Shown one piece after another: positions 20,803-30,927 of a stretch of 64,000 nt of DNA. Source of the stretch: Acidobacteriota bacterium. Its GTDB lineage: Bacteria > Acidobacteriota > Thermoanaerobaculia > Gp7-AA8. The notes below the pieces were generated by a model. It worked only from the letters and a program-made list of their open reading frames with translations. It was not told the DNA's origin and searched no databases. The position numbers and the translations under genes were made by a program. Position 1 is the stretch's first letter. Each line of letters starts with the position of its first letter. The stretch lies in NCBI GenBank assembly GCA_019244185.1, contig JAFATB010000014.1, positions 352,001 to 416,000 of the forward strand. Direction: 5' to 3'.

Positions 20803-21696
20803 GTGCAACCGTCCAAACAAGATGCGCTCGGATTCGCCAAGATGGCCGGAGGCGGCAACGACTTCGTGGTGGTCGACAACCGCGCCGCGAAGATCGCCGA
20901 CGCGGGCGAGCTGACCCGCCGCATCGCCACGCGCGCCCTCTCGGTCGGCGCCGACGGCCTCATTCTCGTCGAGAGCTCCGCGCGCGCGACGTTCCGCATG
21001 CGCTACTACAACTCCGACGGCGGCCTGGCCGCGTTCTGCGCGAACGGCACCCGCTGCGCCGCGCGCTTCGCGTTCCTCAACGTCATCGCCGGACGGAAGA
21101 TGACCATCGAGACCGACGCGGGCATCGTCGGCGCGGAGATCGGCGACGGCGGCGCGGTCACGCTCTCGCTGCCGGCGCCGTACGAGTTCCGCCCGCGGCG
21201 TCCGCTCGCGGTCGGCGCGACGACGGTGCACGGCAGCTCGATCCTGGTCGGCGTGCCGCATTACGTCGCGTTCCTGAACGGCGAGCTCTGGCCGCACGAC
21301 ATCGTGCCGATCGGACGCGCGCTGCGCACGCATCGCGACCTTGCGCCCGACGGCGCGAACGTGAACTTCGTCAGCATCCGCGACCGGCACTCGATCGACG
21401 TGCGCACGTACGAGCGCGGCGTGGAAGGGGAGACGCTGTCCTGCGGCTCCGGCGTCGTGGCCTCGGCCGTCGTCAGCGCGCTCTTCGGACGCGTCGAGGC
21501 GCCGGTGTCGGTGCGCACGCGCAGCGGCATCGTGCTGGAGGTGTCGTTCCGCATCGACGGCGGGCATGCCGAGGACGTGCGGCTGAAGGGTGACGCCCGG
21601 CTCATCTATCGCGCTACCATCACGCCCGAGACTCTCGAAGGGTTCGATCCCGAGTTCGTCCGCGATCCCGCCGCGAGAGTCACGGTCTCTTCGTGA
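20803..21696 (+). CDS. dapF: Diaminopimelate epimerase (start could be 20728)
   Basis: FAKMAGGGNDF, VGADG, FCANGTRC, GVPH, GANVNF and RTYERGVEGETLSCGSG. Confidence 0.95.
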   Translation: MQPSKQDALGFAKMAGGGNDFVVVDNRAAKIADAGELTRRIATRALSVGADGLILVESSARATFRMRYYNSDGGLAAFCANGTRCAARFAFLNVIAGRKMTIETDAGIVGAEIGDGGAVTLSLPAPYEFRPRRPLAVGATTVHGSSILVGVPHYVAFLNGELWPHDIVPIGRALRTHRDLAPDGANVNFVSIRDRHSIDVRTYERGVEGETLSCGSGVVASAVVSALFGRVEAPVSVRTRSGIVLEVSFRIDGGHAEDVRLKGDARLIYRATITPETLEGFDPEFVRDPAARVTVSS

Positions 21697-22742
21697 AGGA
21701 AGACTCGCTCTCGCCCGCCGGCTGGATCGCCGCGGCCGCGCTCTCGGCCTGGGCTTGTCATCTCGCCGTTCGCTTCACGACGCCGATCGACTCGGCGTTG
21801 CCGTTCGTGGCCGTGCTGGTGACGCTCCTCGCGTGGGTTGCGGATCCCGCGTTGATGCTGGCGACGCCGCTGCTGATCGCGGCGGAGCTCGCGCTGCCGG
21901 ACGAGGGCGTGCGGCTGCTCGCAGTCGGTGCGATCGTGGCGGTGGCGTTCGCGTGCGCGGTCGTGCGCTCGCCGTTGCGCGCGGATGTGCTGGCGGTGAT
22001 CGCGCTGCTGTTGCTGCGCTGGATTCCGCGGCCCGCGCAGATCGGACGCGAGCTCGCGTTGCTCGTGCTGGCGCTGGTCATCGTGTACGTCCTCGGCCGC
22101 ACGCCATTCGCGATGGCGGTGGGCGTGGCGGCGGCGTTCTTCACGCCCGCGTTTCCGCTGCGGACGCTCGCGCTGCCGCTGGCGGTGCTCGTCGTGGCGA
22201 TGGCGGCGCGCGTGTTCGGGATGCCGGAACTGCGGCTGACGATCCCGTCGTTTGCAGCGGTGGCCTTCGCGCTGACGTTCTTCGCGTGGAGCGGACTCGT
22301 CGCGCGCGCGTTGCCGTACTTTTTGCGGCCGCCGTCGCGCGAGCCGGTGCGATTCATCGTCAATCGCGCGCTGGCCGCGAATCAGGCGCTGCAGCTCGCG
22401 GTGCCGGACGGCGCTCGCGCGCTCGTGCTCTCCGGCGCCAACGTGCCGCACTTCCGCCGCGGCGCGGTCGTCGGGCACATCGATCCGGGACACCTCACCG
22501 TGCGCATCGGTGACGTCGCCGATTGGGGCTACCTCCGCCGTGAGACGTACTACGCCTCGCACAATCCGCTGCCGCGCGATGCGGCGGGAAAACTCCGCGG
22601 CTACGGCTACGACGCGTGGCTCGACGGTGCCGGCCGCGTCGCGCTGCCGCGCGGCGCGCCCGTGGTGACCGTGACCGCCGACGCGTCGCTGCCGGCCGGC
22701 GCGTCGCTGCAAGTCGAAGGATTCGAGCTCGCGCCGCGATGA
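21693..22742 (+). CDS. Hypothetical multi-pass membrane protein
   Basis: GTGA overlap with dapF; many hydrophobic helices followed by a soluble C-terminal domain. Confidence 0.75.
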   Translation: MKEDSLSPAGWIAAAALSAWACHLAVRFTTPIDSALPFVAVLVTLLAWVADPALMLATPLLIAAELALPDEGVRLLAVGAIVAVAFACAVVRSPLRADVLAVIALLLLRWIPRPAQIGRELALLVLALVIVYVLGRTPFAMAVGVAAAFFTPAFPLRTLALPLAVLVVAMAARVFGMPELRLTIPSFAAVAFALTFFAWSGLVARALPYFLRPPSREPVRFIVNRALAANQALQLAVPDGARALVLSGANVPHFRRGAVVGHIDPGHLTVRIGDVADWGYLRRETYYASHNPLPRDAAGKLRGYGYDAWLDGAGRVALPRGAPVVTVTADASLPAGASLQVEGFELAPR

Positions 22743-24613
22743 GTTTCTTCGTCGTCGCCGCCGCGCTGCTCGTCCTCCCGCTCGTCGCTCTGCGCGGCCG
22801 GACGCTCGTGCGCTGCTACGTCGCGATCGGCGGTCTCTGGCTCTTCGCCGCACTGCTGCATCTCCGCATCCCCGACTTCGATCCCTACCTCGGCAACGTC
22901 AGCGTCGCCGTGCTCACGTTCGCGGTCTTCGCGCTGTTCCTCGCGCGCGGCGAACACGTGCGCTGGTCGGCGAATCGCGCCGCGGCGATCGCCGCGATCG
23001 TCTATGCCTGCACGATCCCGGCGATGCTGCGCACGCCGATCGATGGCGACGAGCCGTTCTATCTGCTCGTTACGGAGTCGCTCGCGCACGACGGCGATCT
23101 CGATCTCGCGAATCAGTACCGCACGCTCGCGACCTCGCAGACCGGGCGCCGCGATCTCGCGCCGCAGCCGGGCGATCCGCGCGGCCCGCACGGCGAGCAA
23201 TACTCGCGGCAGGAGCCGTTTCTCTCGCTGCTGCTGCTGCCCGGCTACGCACTGGCGGGGCTCTACGGCGCGCTCGCGACGATCGCGCTGTTCGGCGTGC
23301 TCCTCGTGCGCTCGACGATCCGCTGGATGGAAGACGAAGGCGTGCCCGACGACGCCGCGCGGGCGGTGTTTCCGCTCTTCGCGTTCGCGCCGCCGGTGCT
23401 CTTCTACGCGACGCGCATCTGGCCGGAAGTGCCCGCGGCGTTCTTCTTCGTCGAGGCGATGCGCGGCGTGCGCAATCAACGCCTGAAGCGCTGGCTGCCG
23501 TCGCTCTTCGGCCTGGTGATGCTGAAGCTCCGCTTCGTGCTCGTGGCCATCGGCGTCGTCGCGACCACGCTGCGGCGCACGCGCGCGCGACTTCTCGCGC
23601 TCGGCATCGTGGTGATCCCGCTCGTCGTGATGTGGCTGATCAGCGGCCGCGCGACGAACGTCCACGCGTGGAGCGAGATCCTGCCGACGACGCCGATGAA
23701 GTACGTGGTCGGCCTCGCGGGGCTGCTCGCGGACGGCATGAGCGGGATCGCGTTCCAGGCGCCGTTCTATCTTTTCGGACTCTTCGCGCTGACGCGCTGG
23801 CGCCACACGCCGCGCGGCTTTCGCCTCGGCATCCTCGCCAGCCTCCTCTACATCCTCTATCTATTGCCGCGTCCCGAATGGTTCGGCGGCTGGGCGCCGC
23901 CGCTGCGCTACGTCGTCTTCGTGATGCCGGTCCTCGCGCTCGGCATCGCGTCGCAGTGGGAGCGGCTCTCGCGCGGCGCGCTCGCCGTCGTCGCGCTCTG
24001 GACGGTCGCGCTGGCGATCCACGGCCTCGCGTATCCGTGGCGGCTCTTCCACATCGCGAACGGCGAGAACGCGCTCGGCGAGTGGCTGTCGTCGCTCGCG
24101 CGCGCCGACGTCTCGCGCATGTTCCCGAGCTTCATCCGCATGAACCATGCGGCGTGGCTCGGCGCGGGCGCCGTCGTGCTGCTCGCGTTCGCGCTGCGCC
24201 GCACGCGCAACGATCTCGCCGTGCCGCTCTTCGCGCTCGCGCTCGCGGCGGGCTTCGCGTACGCGCAGCAGCCGGGGCCGCGCGTCGAGTTCGAGGACAT
24301 CCATGTCGAACATCACGGCGGCACGCTGTACCCCGAGCTCTACGCCGTCATGCGCGTCACGTATCGCGGCGGCTGGACGCTGAACGCCGGCGACTCGCTG
24401 ACGTTCCTCGCGCGCGGCGGGCCGTCGACGCTGCACTACATCACCGGCCCCGGCGCGACCATCGAGCTTGCCGGCCGGGCGTATCACCTCCCGCCGGCTC
24501 CCGCGTACACGACGGCGCGCGTCGTGATCCCGCGCGCGGGCCGCGTCACGCTGCGCTGTCTCGACGGCGCGGTGAATCTGGACAGAATGGACCATGACGA
24601 CGACAGACGTTGA
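22739..24613 (+). CDS. Polytopic membrane protein, probable GT-C (ArnT/PMT-like) glycosyltransferase
   Basis: DGDEPFYLL (acidic DE loop after TM), WPEVP and W.GGWAPPLRY; sits in a glycosyltransferase operon. Confidence 0.6.
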   Translation: MSFFVVAAALLVLPLVALRGRTLVRCYVAIGGLWLFAALLHLRIPDFDPYLGNVSVAVLTFAVFALFLARGEHVRWSANRAAAIAAIVYACTIPAMLRTPIDGDEPFYLLVTESLAHDGDLDLANQYRTLATSQTGRRDLAPQPGDPRGPHGEQYSRQEPFLSLLLLPGYALAGLYGALATIALFGVLLVRSTIRWMEDEGVPDDAARAVFPLFAFAPPVLFYATRIWPEVPAAFFFVEAMRGVRNQRLKRWLPSLFGLVMLKLRFVLVAIGVVATTLRRTRARLLALGIVVIPLVVMWLISGRATNVHAWSEILPTTPMKYVVGLAGLLADGMSGIAFQAPFYLFGLFALTRWRHTPRGFRLGILASLLYILYLLPRPEWFGGWAPPLRYVVFVMPVLALGIASQWERLSRGALAVVALWTVALAIHGLAYPWRLFHIANGENALGEWLSSLARADVSRMFPSFIRMNHAAWLGAGAVVLLAFALRRTRNDLAVPLFALALAAGFAYAQQPGPRVEFEDIHVEHHGGTLYPELYAVMRVTYRGGWTLNAGDSLTFLARGGPSTLHYITGPGATIELAGRAYHLPPAPAYTTARVVIPRAGRVTLRCLDGAVNLDRMDHDDDRR

Positions 24614-25391
24614 TGTCATCGTTCTCGACCTCGACGGCGGCGCGATGCTGCGCGACTGCTTGGGCTCGATCCACGCGCAGAGCGTGCCGCCGCGGCGCAT
24701 CGTCGTCTTCGACAACGGGTCGCGCGTGCCGGTCGAAGTCCCCGGCGCGGTCATCCTGCGCAGCGACACCAACCTCGGCTTCGCGCGCGGCGTGAACGAG
24801 GCGTTCGCGCGCACGTCCGCGCCGTACGTCGCGCTGATCAACAACGACGTGGTGCTCGATCGCGACTGGCTCGCGACCGTGCGCGACGCGCTCGATCGCG
24901 ACGAACGCCTCGCCGCCGTGCAGACGCTCATCCGCCGCCCGGACGGTCTCCTCGACGGCGCGGGCATCGACATCAGCGACGGCACCTATCGTCAGATCGG
25001 TCACGCGCAGCCGGTCGGCGCGCCGCTCGCGGTGCCGTGGGGCGTCTCCGCCACCGCCACGCTCTACCGCCGCGCCGCCCTCGGCGCGCGCGTGTTCGAC
25101 GAGCGTTTCTTCGCGTACTACGAAGACGTCGAGCTCTGCGCGCGTCTGCGCCGCGACGGTTGGCGCCTCGCGGTGCTGCCGTTCGTCGAGGCGACGCATC
25201 GCGGCTCCGCGACCGGCGCAAAGCTCGGCGCGCGCGCGCTGCGCCTCCGCACGCGCAACCGCTACTTCGTCGCGCGCCTGCACCGCGGCGTCGGACGCAT
25301 CCGCGCGCTGCTGTGGGAAGATGCGCGGCTCGCGCTGCGCGGCCGTACCTCGCCGCGCGGCGTCGTCGAAGGCCTATGGTCCAGGTTGTAG
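24594..25391 (+). CDS. Glycosyltransferase family 2
   Basis: VVFDNGS, NLGFARGVN, LINNDV and FDERFFAYYEDVELC. Confidence 0.92.
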   Translation: MTTTDVDVIVLDLDGGAMLRDCLGSIHAQSVPPRRIVVFDNGSRVPVEVPGAVILRSDTNLGFARGVNEAFARTSAPYVALINNDVVLDRDWLATVRDALDRDERLAAVQTLIRRPDGLLDGAGIDISDGTYRQIGHAQPVGAPLAVPWGVSATATLYRRAALGARVFDERFFAYYEDVELCARLRRDGWRLAVLPFVEATHRGSATGAKLGARALRLRTRNRYFVARLHRGVGRIRALLWEDARLALRGRTSPRGVVEGLWSRL

Positions 25392-26464
25392 TTCACACTC
25401 CCGACGTCGTCGGCGCGCGCATGGCCGGTCCGGGCATCCGCGCGTGGCATCTCTCGCGCGAGCTCGCGAAGCATTTCCCGACGACGCTCATCGCGCGGCG
25501 CGAAGGCGACGGGCACGCCGCCATCGTCGAACACGGCAGCGACGCCGCGCGGCGTGCGTTGCGTGACGCGGACGTCCTCATCGGCCAGCCCGCGCGCGGC
25601 TTTCGCAAGCGCCGTCGCGCGCAGCGCATCGTGTACGACCTCTTCGATCCGACGGTGCTCGAGCTCCGCGAGTTGTACGGCCACGCGCCGTCGCCGCGGC
25701 AGCGCGTGCATCTCGCCGCGGAATGGTGGCGTCTCGCCGAGGCGCTGCTGCGCGCGGATCTGCTGATGTGCGCGGCGCGGAAGCAGCGCGCGTTCTACGA
25801 GACGCTGCAAGGCGGGGAAGCGCGCTGGATCGAAGTGCCGTTCGGCATCGACCTCGAAGACGCCCGTGCGTGCGCGAAGCCGCAGGACAACATCGTGGTG
25901 TGGGGCGGCGGGGTGTGGGAGTGGCTCGATCCGGCGACCGCCGTCGACGCCATCGTCCGCGTGAACGCGCACGGCACGCGCGCGCGCCTCCTCTTCCTCG
26001 GGCGCGCGCGGCCGAATCGCAATCTCGTGGATCGCAGACGCGACGATCGCTTCGACGCGCTGCTCGCCCGCGGGCGCGGGCTCGTCTCGGCGAACGAAGA
26101 GTGGATTCCGTACGGCGAGCGGCTCGCGTGGCTGCGCGCGGGCAAAGTCGCTATCATGCTCCACCGTCGTACGGCGGAAGCCGAGTACTCGATCCGCACG
26201 CGCCTGTTCGATGCGATCGCCGCGGCCGTGCCGGTCGTGGCCACGGAAGGCGGGTTCGCGGCGGAGCTGGTCGCGCGCGAGGGTCTGGGGATCGTCGTGC
26301 CGGCCGAGGACGTCGCGGCGGTCGCGGAAGCGGTGCGGCGGCTGCTGACGGACGACGGTCTGCACTCCGCGTGCGTAGAGAATCTCGAGCGCATCCGGCC
26401 GCGCTTCGCGTGGGAGGTCGTCACGCAACCGCTGGTCGATGCCATCATGCAATGGCAAACCTGA
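25376..26464 (+). CDS. Glycosyltransferase (GT-B/GT4-like)
   Basis: MAGPGIRAW, VVWGGGVWEWLDP, RTRLFD and GLGIVVPAEDV. Confidence 0.8.
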   Translation: MVQVVVHTPDVVGARMAGPGIRAWHLSRELAKHFPTTLIARREGDGHAAIVEHGSDAARRALRDADVLIGQPARGFRKRRRAQRIVYDLFDPTVLELRELYGHAPSPRQRVHLAAEWWRLAEALLRADLLMCAARKQRAFYETLQGGEARWIEVPFGIDLEDARACAKPQDNIVVWGGGVWEWLDPATAVDAIVRVNAHGTRARLLFLGRARPNRNLVDRRRDDRFDALLARGRGLVSANEEWIPYGERLAWLRAGKVAIMLHRRTAEAEYSIRTRLFDAIAAAVPVVATEGGFAAELVAREGLGIVVPAEDVAAVAEAVRRLLTDDGLHSACVENLERIRPRFAWEVVTQPLVDAIMQWQT

Positions 26465-27462
26465 TGATGGATGCTCTTCACGAGCCGGTCACGCAGCCGC
26501 GCACGCGCGCGCTCGACCTCTCCGTGCTCATCGTGACGTGGAACAGCGAGCGCTGGATCGAGCGCTGTCTCCGCGCGCTTCCGGCCGCGTGCGACGGACT
26601 CGACTACGAGGTGCTGATCGCCGACAACGCGTCGACCGATGCCACGCTCGCGCTGGTCGAGACCTCCGACGCGCAGGTATTGCGCGCGCCGAGCAACGAG
26701 GGCTTCGCGAAGGGCACGAACCGCGCGCTGCATGCCGCGCGCGGACGCTACGTCTTCCTGCTCAATCCCGACTGCGAGCTCGCGCCGCGCGCGCTCACGC
26801 AGCTCTTCGACTGGCTCGAGCGCCATCCGCACGCCGCGGGCGCGGTGCCGCTGCTGCTCGATGATGGCGGCGACTCGCAGCGCGAGTTTCAGCTGCGCCG
26901 CCTTCCGACGCTCGGCACGTTCATCGCCGAGGTGCTGCTCCTCGGCAAGGTGTTCCCGAGGAACCGCACGACGGCAAGGTATCGCTATCGCGACCTCGAT
27001 CTCACGGAGCCGCGGCGCATCGAACAGCCGGCGGCGGCGGCGCTGCTGCTGCGGCGCGACGTCGTCGACGCGGTGGGACCGTTCGACGAGCAGTTCACGC
27101 CGGCGTGGTTCGAGGACGTCGACTACTGCCGGCGCCTCGCGAACGGGCGGAAGGAAATCTGGGTCGTGCCGTCGGCGGAGGCGCGGCATTTCGGCGGCGC
27201 GAGCCTCGAGCATCTCTCATTCGTGCACTTCGCCGACATCTGGTACGCGAACATGTGGCGCTACGCGCGCAAGTGGCTGCGGCCCGCGCAGGCGGAAGCG
27301 CTGCGCTGGGCGATCATCGCCGGGATGCTGCTGCGCTGCGCGGCGGGATTGCTCGGCCTGCGCCCGGAAGGCGTCGCGCGCGCGGAGGCGTTTCGCGCGT
27401 ACGCCGGCGTCCTGAGGAGAGCCTTCGAACGATGGGACGACTCGTCTCGGTCGTCCTCGTAA
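26452..27462 (+). CDS. Glycosyltransferase family 2 (WbbL/rhamnosyltransferase-like)
   Basis: LSVLIVTWNS, DNASTD, LLNPD and FDEQF...WFEDVDYCRR. Confidence 0.92.
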   Translation: MANLMMDALHEPVTQPRTRALDLSVLIVTWNSERWIERCLRALPAACDGLDYEVLIADNASTDATLALVETSDAQVLRAPSNEGFAKGTNRALHAARGRYVFLLNPDCELAPRALTQLFDWLERHPHAAGAVPLLLDDGGDSQREFQLRRLPTLGTFIAEVLLLGKVFPRNRTTARYRYRDLDLTEPRRIEQPAAAALLLRRDVVDAVGPFDEQFTPAWFEDVDYCRRLANGRKEIWVVPSAEARHFGGASLEHLSFVHFADIWYANMWRYARKWLRPAQAEALRWAIIAGMLLRCAAGLLGLRPEGVARAEAFRAYAGVLRRAFERWDDSSRSSS

Positions 27463-28361
27463 CGTGGAACAGCGCGCCGTATCTGCGCCGCTGCCTGGAA
27501 GGGCTCGCGGGGCAGACGTATCGCGAGACGGAGCTGATCGTCGTCGACAACGCGTCGAGCGATGACTCGGCCGCGATCGTCGCGGCGCATGCGACGCGCG
27601 TCATCCGCAACGATGTGAACCGCGGCTTCAGCGCGGCCGTGAATCAGGCTGTCGCAGTTGCGCGCGGCGAGTACGTGCAGCTCGTCAATCCCGACTGTTT
27701 TCTCACGCCGGACTACATCGCGATGCTCGTCGACGCGCTCGAACGCGCGCCGGGCTTCGGAAGCGCGACCGGCAAGCTCGTACGCGCGCGCGGCTTCGCC
27801 ATCGAGCCGGCGGAGGGCATCGACTCGATGGGCATGCGCATGACGCGCAGCGGACGGCATCTGGACATCGAGGAAGACGGCGCAGGCGGCGAGGTCTTCG
27901 GCGTCTCCGGCGCGGCGGCGCTTTATCGGATGTCGTTTCTCCGCGACACCGGCGGCTTCGACGAAGACTTTTTCGCGTACCGCGAGGACGCGGACCTCGC
28001 GTGGCGCGGCCGGCTTTTCGGCTGGCGCGCGCTCTGCGAGCCGCGCGCGGTCGCGTATCACGTGCGCCGAGTGACGCCGGAGACGCGGCGCGCACTGCCG
28101 CCCGAGATCAACTTTCATTCGGTGAAGAATCGTTTTCTGCTGCGACTCAAAAACGAAGGCGCGTACCTCGCGCTGCGCAACGCGCCCTTCGAGCTCGCGC
28201 GCGATCTCGTCGTCCTCGGCGCGGCGCTGACGATCGAGCGCACATCGCTGCCGGCGTTCGCGTGGCTCTGGCGCAATCGCAAACGCATCGCTGGGAAACG
28301 CCGCGCGATTCAGTCGCGGCGTGTCGTCACCGATCGCGAGCTGGCGAGGTGGTTCCGATGA
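27432..28361 (+). CDS. Glycosyltransferase family 2
   Basis: VSVVLVTWNS, VVDNASSD, VNPD and FDEDFFAYREDADLAWR. Confidence 0.92.
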   Translation: MGRLVSVVLVTWNSAPYLRRCLEGLAGQTYRETELIVVDNASSDDSAAIVAAHATRVIRNDVNRGFSAAVNQAVAVARGEYVQLVNPDCFLTPDYIAMLVDALERAPGFGSATGKLVRARGFAIEPAEGIDSMGMRMTRSGRHLDIEEDGAGGEVFGVSGAAALYRMSFLRDTGGFDEDFFAYREDADLAWRGRLFGWRALCEPRAVAYHVRRVTPETRRALPPEINFHSVKNRFLLRLKNEGAYLALRNAPFELARDLVVLGAALTIERTSLPAFAWLWRNRKRIAGKRRAIQSRRVVTDRELARWFR

Positions 28362-29434
28362 GGCTCGCGATTCTCGGCACGCGCGGCGTGCCGCCGAACT
28401 ACGGCGGCTTCGAGACGTTCGCCGCGGAGCTGTCGACGCGGCTCGTCGCGCGCGGACACGAGGTGTTCGTTTACTGCCGCGAGCGCGGCGAACCAACATG
28501 GAACGGCGTGCATCGCATCGAGCTGCCGGCGATCGGCCACAAGTACCTCGAGACGGTTTCGCACGCGTGGCTCTCCGCGGTCGATGCGCTGCGCAGAAAC
28601 TTCGACGCGGTGCTGGTCTGCAACGCCGCGAACGCGTTCGTGCTGCCGCTGCTGCGCGCCGCGCGCATCCCGGCCGCGATCAACGTGGACGGCATCGAGC
28701 GCCGCCGCCGCAAGTGGAACCTCCTCGGGCGCGCGGTGTACGCGATCGGCGAGGCGTTCTCCGTCAGCTTCGCGAACGCCGTCATCGCGGACGCGGAGGT
28801 CATCGCGAGCTACTACCGCGAACAGTACGGCGCCGCGCCGATCGTGATTCCGTACGGCTCGGAGTTCCCGCGCGAGGAAGACTCCGACGTGCTGGCGCGG
28901 CTCGGGCTGCGTCCGCGCGAGTACGTGCTGTACGTCAGCCGCTTCGAGCCGGAGAACAATCCGCTCGAGGTGGTGCAGGCGTTTGCGCGTCTCAAGGGCG
29001 CGCCGCCGCTGGTGATGGTCGGCAAGGCGCTCTACGCACCCGCGCTTGCCGCCGAGCTTGCGCGCCATGCAAACGAGCGCGTTCGTTTCCCCGGCGCACT
29101 CTACGGTGCCGACTACCGGACGCTGCAGCGGAACGCGCTGCTGTACATCCAGGCCACGGAAGTCGGCGGCACGCATCCGGCGCTCATCGAGGCGATGGCC
29201 TCGGGCGGCGCCGTGCTCGCGCACGATACGCCGGAGAACCGGGAAGTCGGCGGCGATGCCGTCGGTTACTTCCGGCTCCGGCCCGTCGAGACGCTCTCCG
29301 GCACACTTCAGGAATGGCTCTCGAACCCGACGCACCGCGAGCGGTTCCGCTCGCTGGCGCGCGCGCGGGCAGCGGAGCGATACTCCTGGGAACGCGTCAC
29401 GGACGCCTACGAACGGCTCTTCGAGAGCCTCTAG
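28358..29434 (+). CDS. Glycosyltransferase family 4 (DUF1972-type N-terminus)
   Basis: ILGTRGVPPNYGGFET, NVDGIE, SRFEPENN and EVGGTHPALIEAM. Confidence 0.92.
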   Translation: MRLAILGTRGVPPNYGGFETFAAELSTRLVARGHEVFVYCRERGEPTWNGVHRIELPAIGHKYLETVSHAWLSAVDALRRNFDAVLVCNAANAFVLPLLRAARIPAAINVDGIERRRRKWNLLGRAVYAIGEAFSVSFANAVIADAEVIASYYREQYGAAPIVIPYGSEFPREEDSDVLARLGLRPREYVLYVSRFEPENNPLEVVQAFARLKGAPPLVMVGKALYAPALAAELARHANERVRFPGALYGADYRTLQRNALLYIQATEVGGTHPALIEAMASGGAVLAHDTPENREVGGDAVGYFRLRPVETLSGTLQEWLSNPTHRERFRSLARARAAERYSWERVTDAYERLFESL

Positions 29435-29472
29435 ACGTTCCGCTGCCGCGTTGCGTATAGAGAAACGACGGC

Positions 29473-30918
29473 ATGCTGAAGCAGAAAGCGCGGATGGTGG
29501 CGAGGATCGTTTACGCGAGCGATCTCGCGCTGACGACGGTCGCCTTCTTCACCGCGTTTTTCCTGCGCGACCTCCTGCTTCCGCGCCTCGCTCCCGGCCA
29601 GTTCCCCACCGGCCTCTTTCCGCTCACCGACTACCTCAAGATCTACCCATTGGTGCTGATCATCTGGTCGGTGCTGCTGTTCACCTACGACAGCTATCAC
29701 TCGCATCGCACCGTGCCGCTGACGCGCGAGGCGCTGACGACGGTGCGCGTCGTCATCTCGGGCAACGTCATCCTGGCCACGCTCGCGTACCTCCTGCCGC
29801 TGCGGCAGCTCTCGCGCTCGTGGTTCGTGCTCTTCGGCGTGCTGGCGGCGACGCTGCTCGTGGCCGAGAAGATCGGCGTGCGCGCGCTGGCGCGGTGGGT
29901 CCGCTCGAAGGGTCTCAACTATCGAACGGTGCTCATCGTCGGCACCGGCCGCCGCGCCACCGACATCGCGCGCATGATCGTCGGCCACAAGTACTGGGGC
30001 TACAAGATCCTCGGATTCGTCTCCGACGGCCACCATCTGTCGAACGGCTGGACGCGCTACCGCATCTTCGGCAGCGTCCCCGATCTGCGCCGCATCCTCG
30101 AAACGAGCGAGATCCCCGAGCCGATCGACGAAGTCGTCTTCGCCGTCACGCGCAAGAAGCTCGACGAGATGAAGCAGATCTTCCTGCTCTGCGAGGAGCT
30201 CGGCATCCGCACGCGCGTGGCGATGAACATCTTCCACAACCGCGTCGCGCGCGTGGAGCTCGAAGAGCTGGAAGGCGTTCCGTTCCTCACGTTCACGACC
30301 ACGCCGTCGAACGAGACGCAGCTCGCCGCGAAGCGCGCGCTCGACATCGCCATCTCGCTGATGCTGCTCGTGCTCACCGGTCCGGTGATCGCGATCGCTG
30401 CTCTCGCGATCCGGCTCTCGTCGCCCGGCTCGATCGTCTTCCGGCAGAAGCGCATCGGTCTCAACGGTCGCAGCTTCACGCTCTACAAGTTCCGCACGAT
30501 GATCGAGGACGCGCACGCGCGCCGCGAAGAAGTCGCGCACCTCAACGCGATGAACGGCCCGGTCTTCAAGGCGAAGGACGACCCGCGCGTGACGCCGGTC
30601 GGGCGTTGGTTACGAAGGTTCTCGCTCGACGAGCTGCCGCAGCTCTGGAACGTGCTCAAAGGCGACATGAGCCTCGTCGGCCCGCGCCCGCCCATCCCCG
30701 AGGAAGTGGCGTCGTATCACCGCTGGCACCGCCGGCGGCTGTCGATGAAGCCGGGACTCACGTGCCTCTGGCAGATCAGCGGCCGCAACGAGATCGCCGA
30801 CTTCGATCGCTGGATGCAGCTCGACCTGCAGTACATCGACAACTGGTCGCCGTCGCTCGATCTCAAGATCCTGCTGCGGACCATTCCCGCGGTGCTCTCC
30901 GGAAAAGGCGCGTCATAA
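29473..30918 (+). CDS. Polyprenyl-phosphate sugar phosphotransferase (priming GT, WcaJ/WbaP-like)
   Basis: KRALD, YKFRTM, DDPRVT, SLDELPQLWNVLKGDMSLVGPRP and KPGLTCLWQISGRN. Confidence 0.95.
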   Translation: MLKQKARMVARIVYASDLALTTVAFFTAFFLRDLLLPRLAPGQFPTGLFPLTDYLKIYPLVLIIWSVLLFTYDSYHSHRTVPLTREALTTVRVVISGNVILATLAYLLPLRQLSRSWFVLFGVLAATLLVAEKIGVRALARWVRSKGLNYRTVLIVGTGRRATDIARMIVGHKYWGYKILGFVSDGHHLSNGWTRYRIFGSVPDLRRILETSEIPEPIDEVVFAVTRKKLDEMKQIFLLCEELGIRTRVAMNIFHNRVARVELEELEGVPFLTFTTTPSNETQLAAKRALDIAISLMLLVLTGPVIAIAALAIRLSSPGSIVFRQKRIGLNGRSFTLYKFRTMIEDAHARREEVAHLNAMNGPVFKAKDDPRVTPVGRWLRRFSLDELPQLWNVLKGDMSLVGPRPPIPEEVASYHRWHRRRLSMKPGLTCLWQISGRNEIADFDRWMQLDLQYIDNWSPSLDLKILLRTIPAVLSGKGAS

Positions 30919-30927
30919 TCGCGCCTC

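Noticed and set aside
18949-21696. Apparent 915-aa DapF fusion; similar long N-terminal extensions at 43428-46307, 53680-56157 and 59717-63187
   Set aside because: The extensions overlap real genes in other frames or on the opposite strand; motifs or signal peptides begin at internal starts
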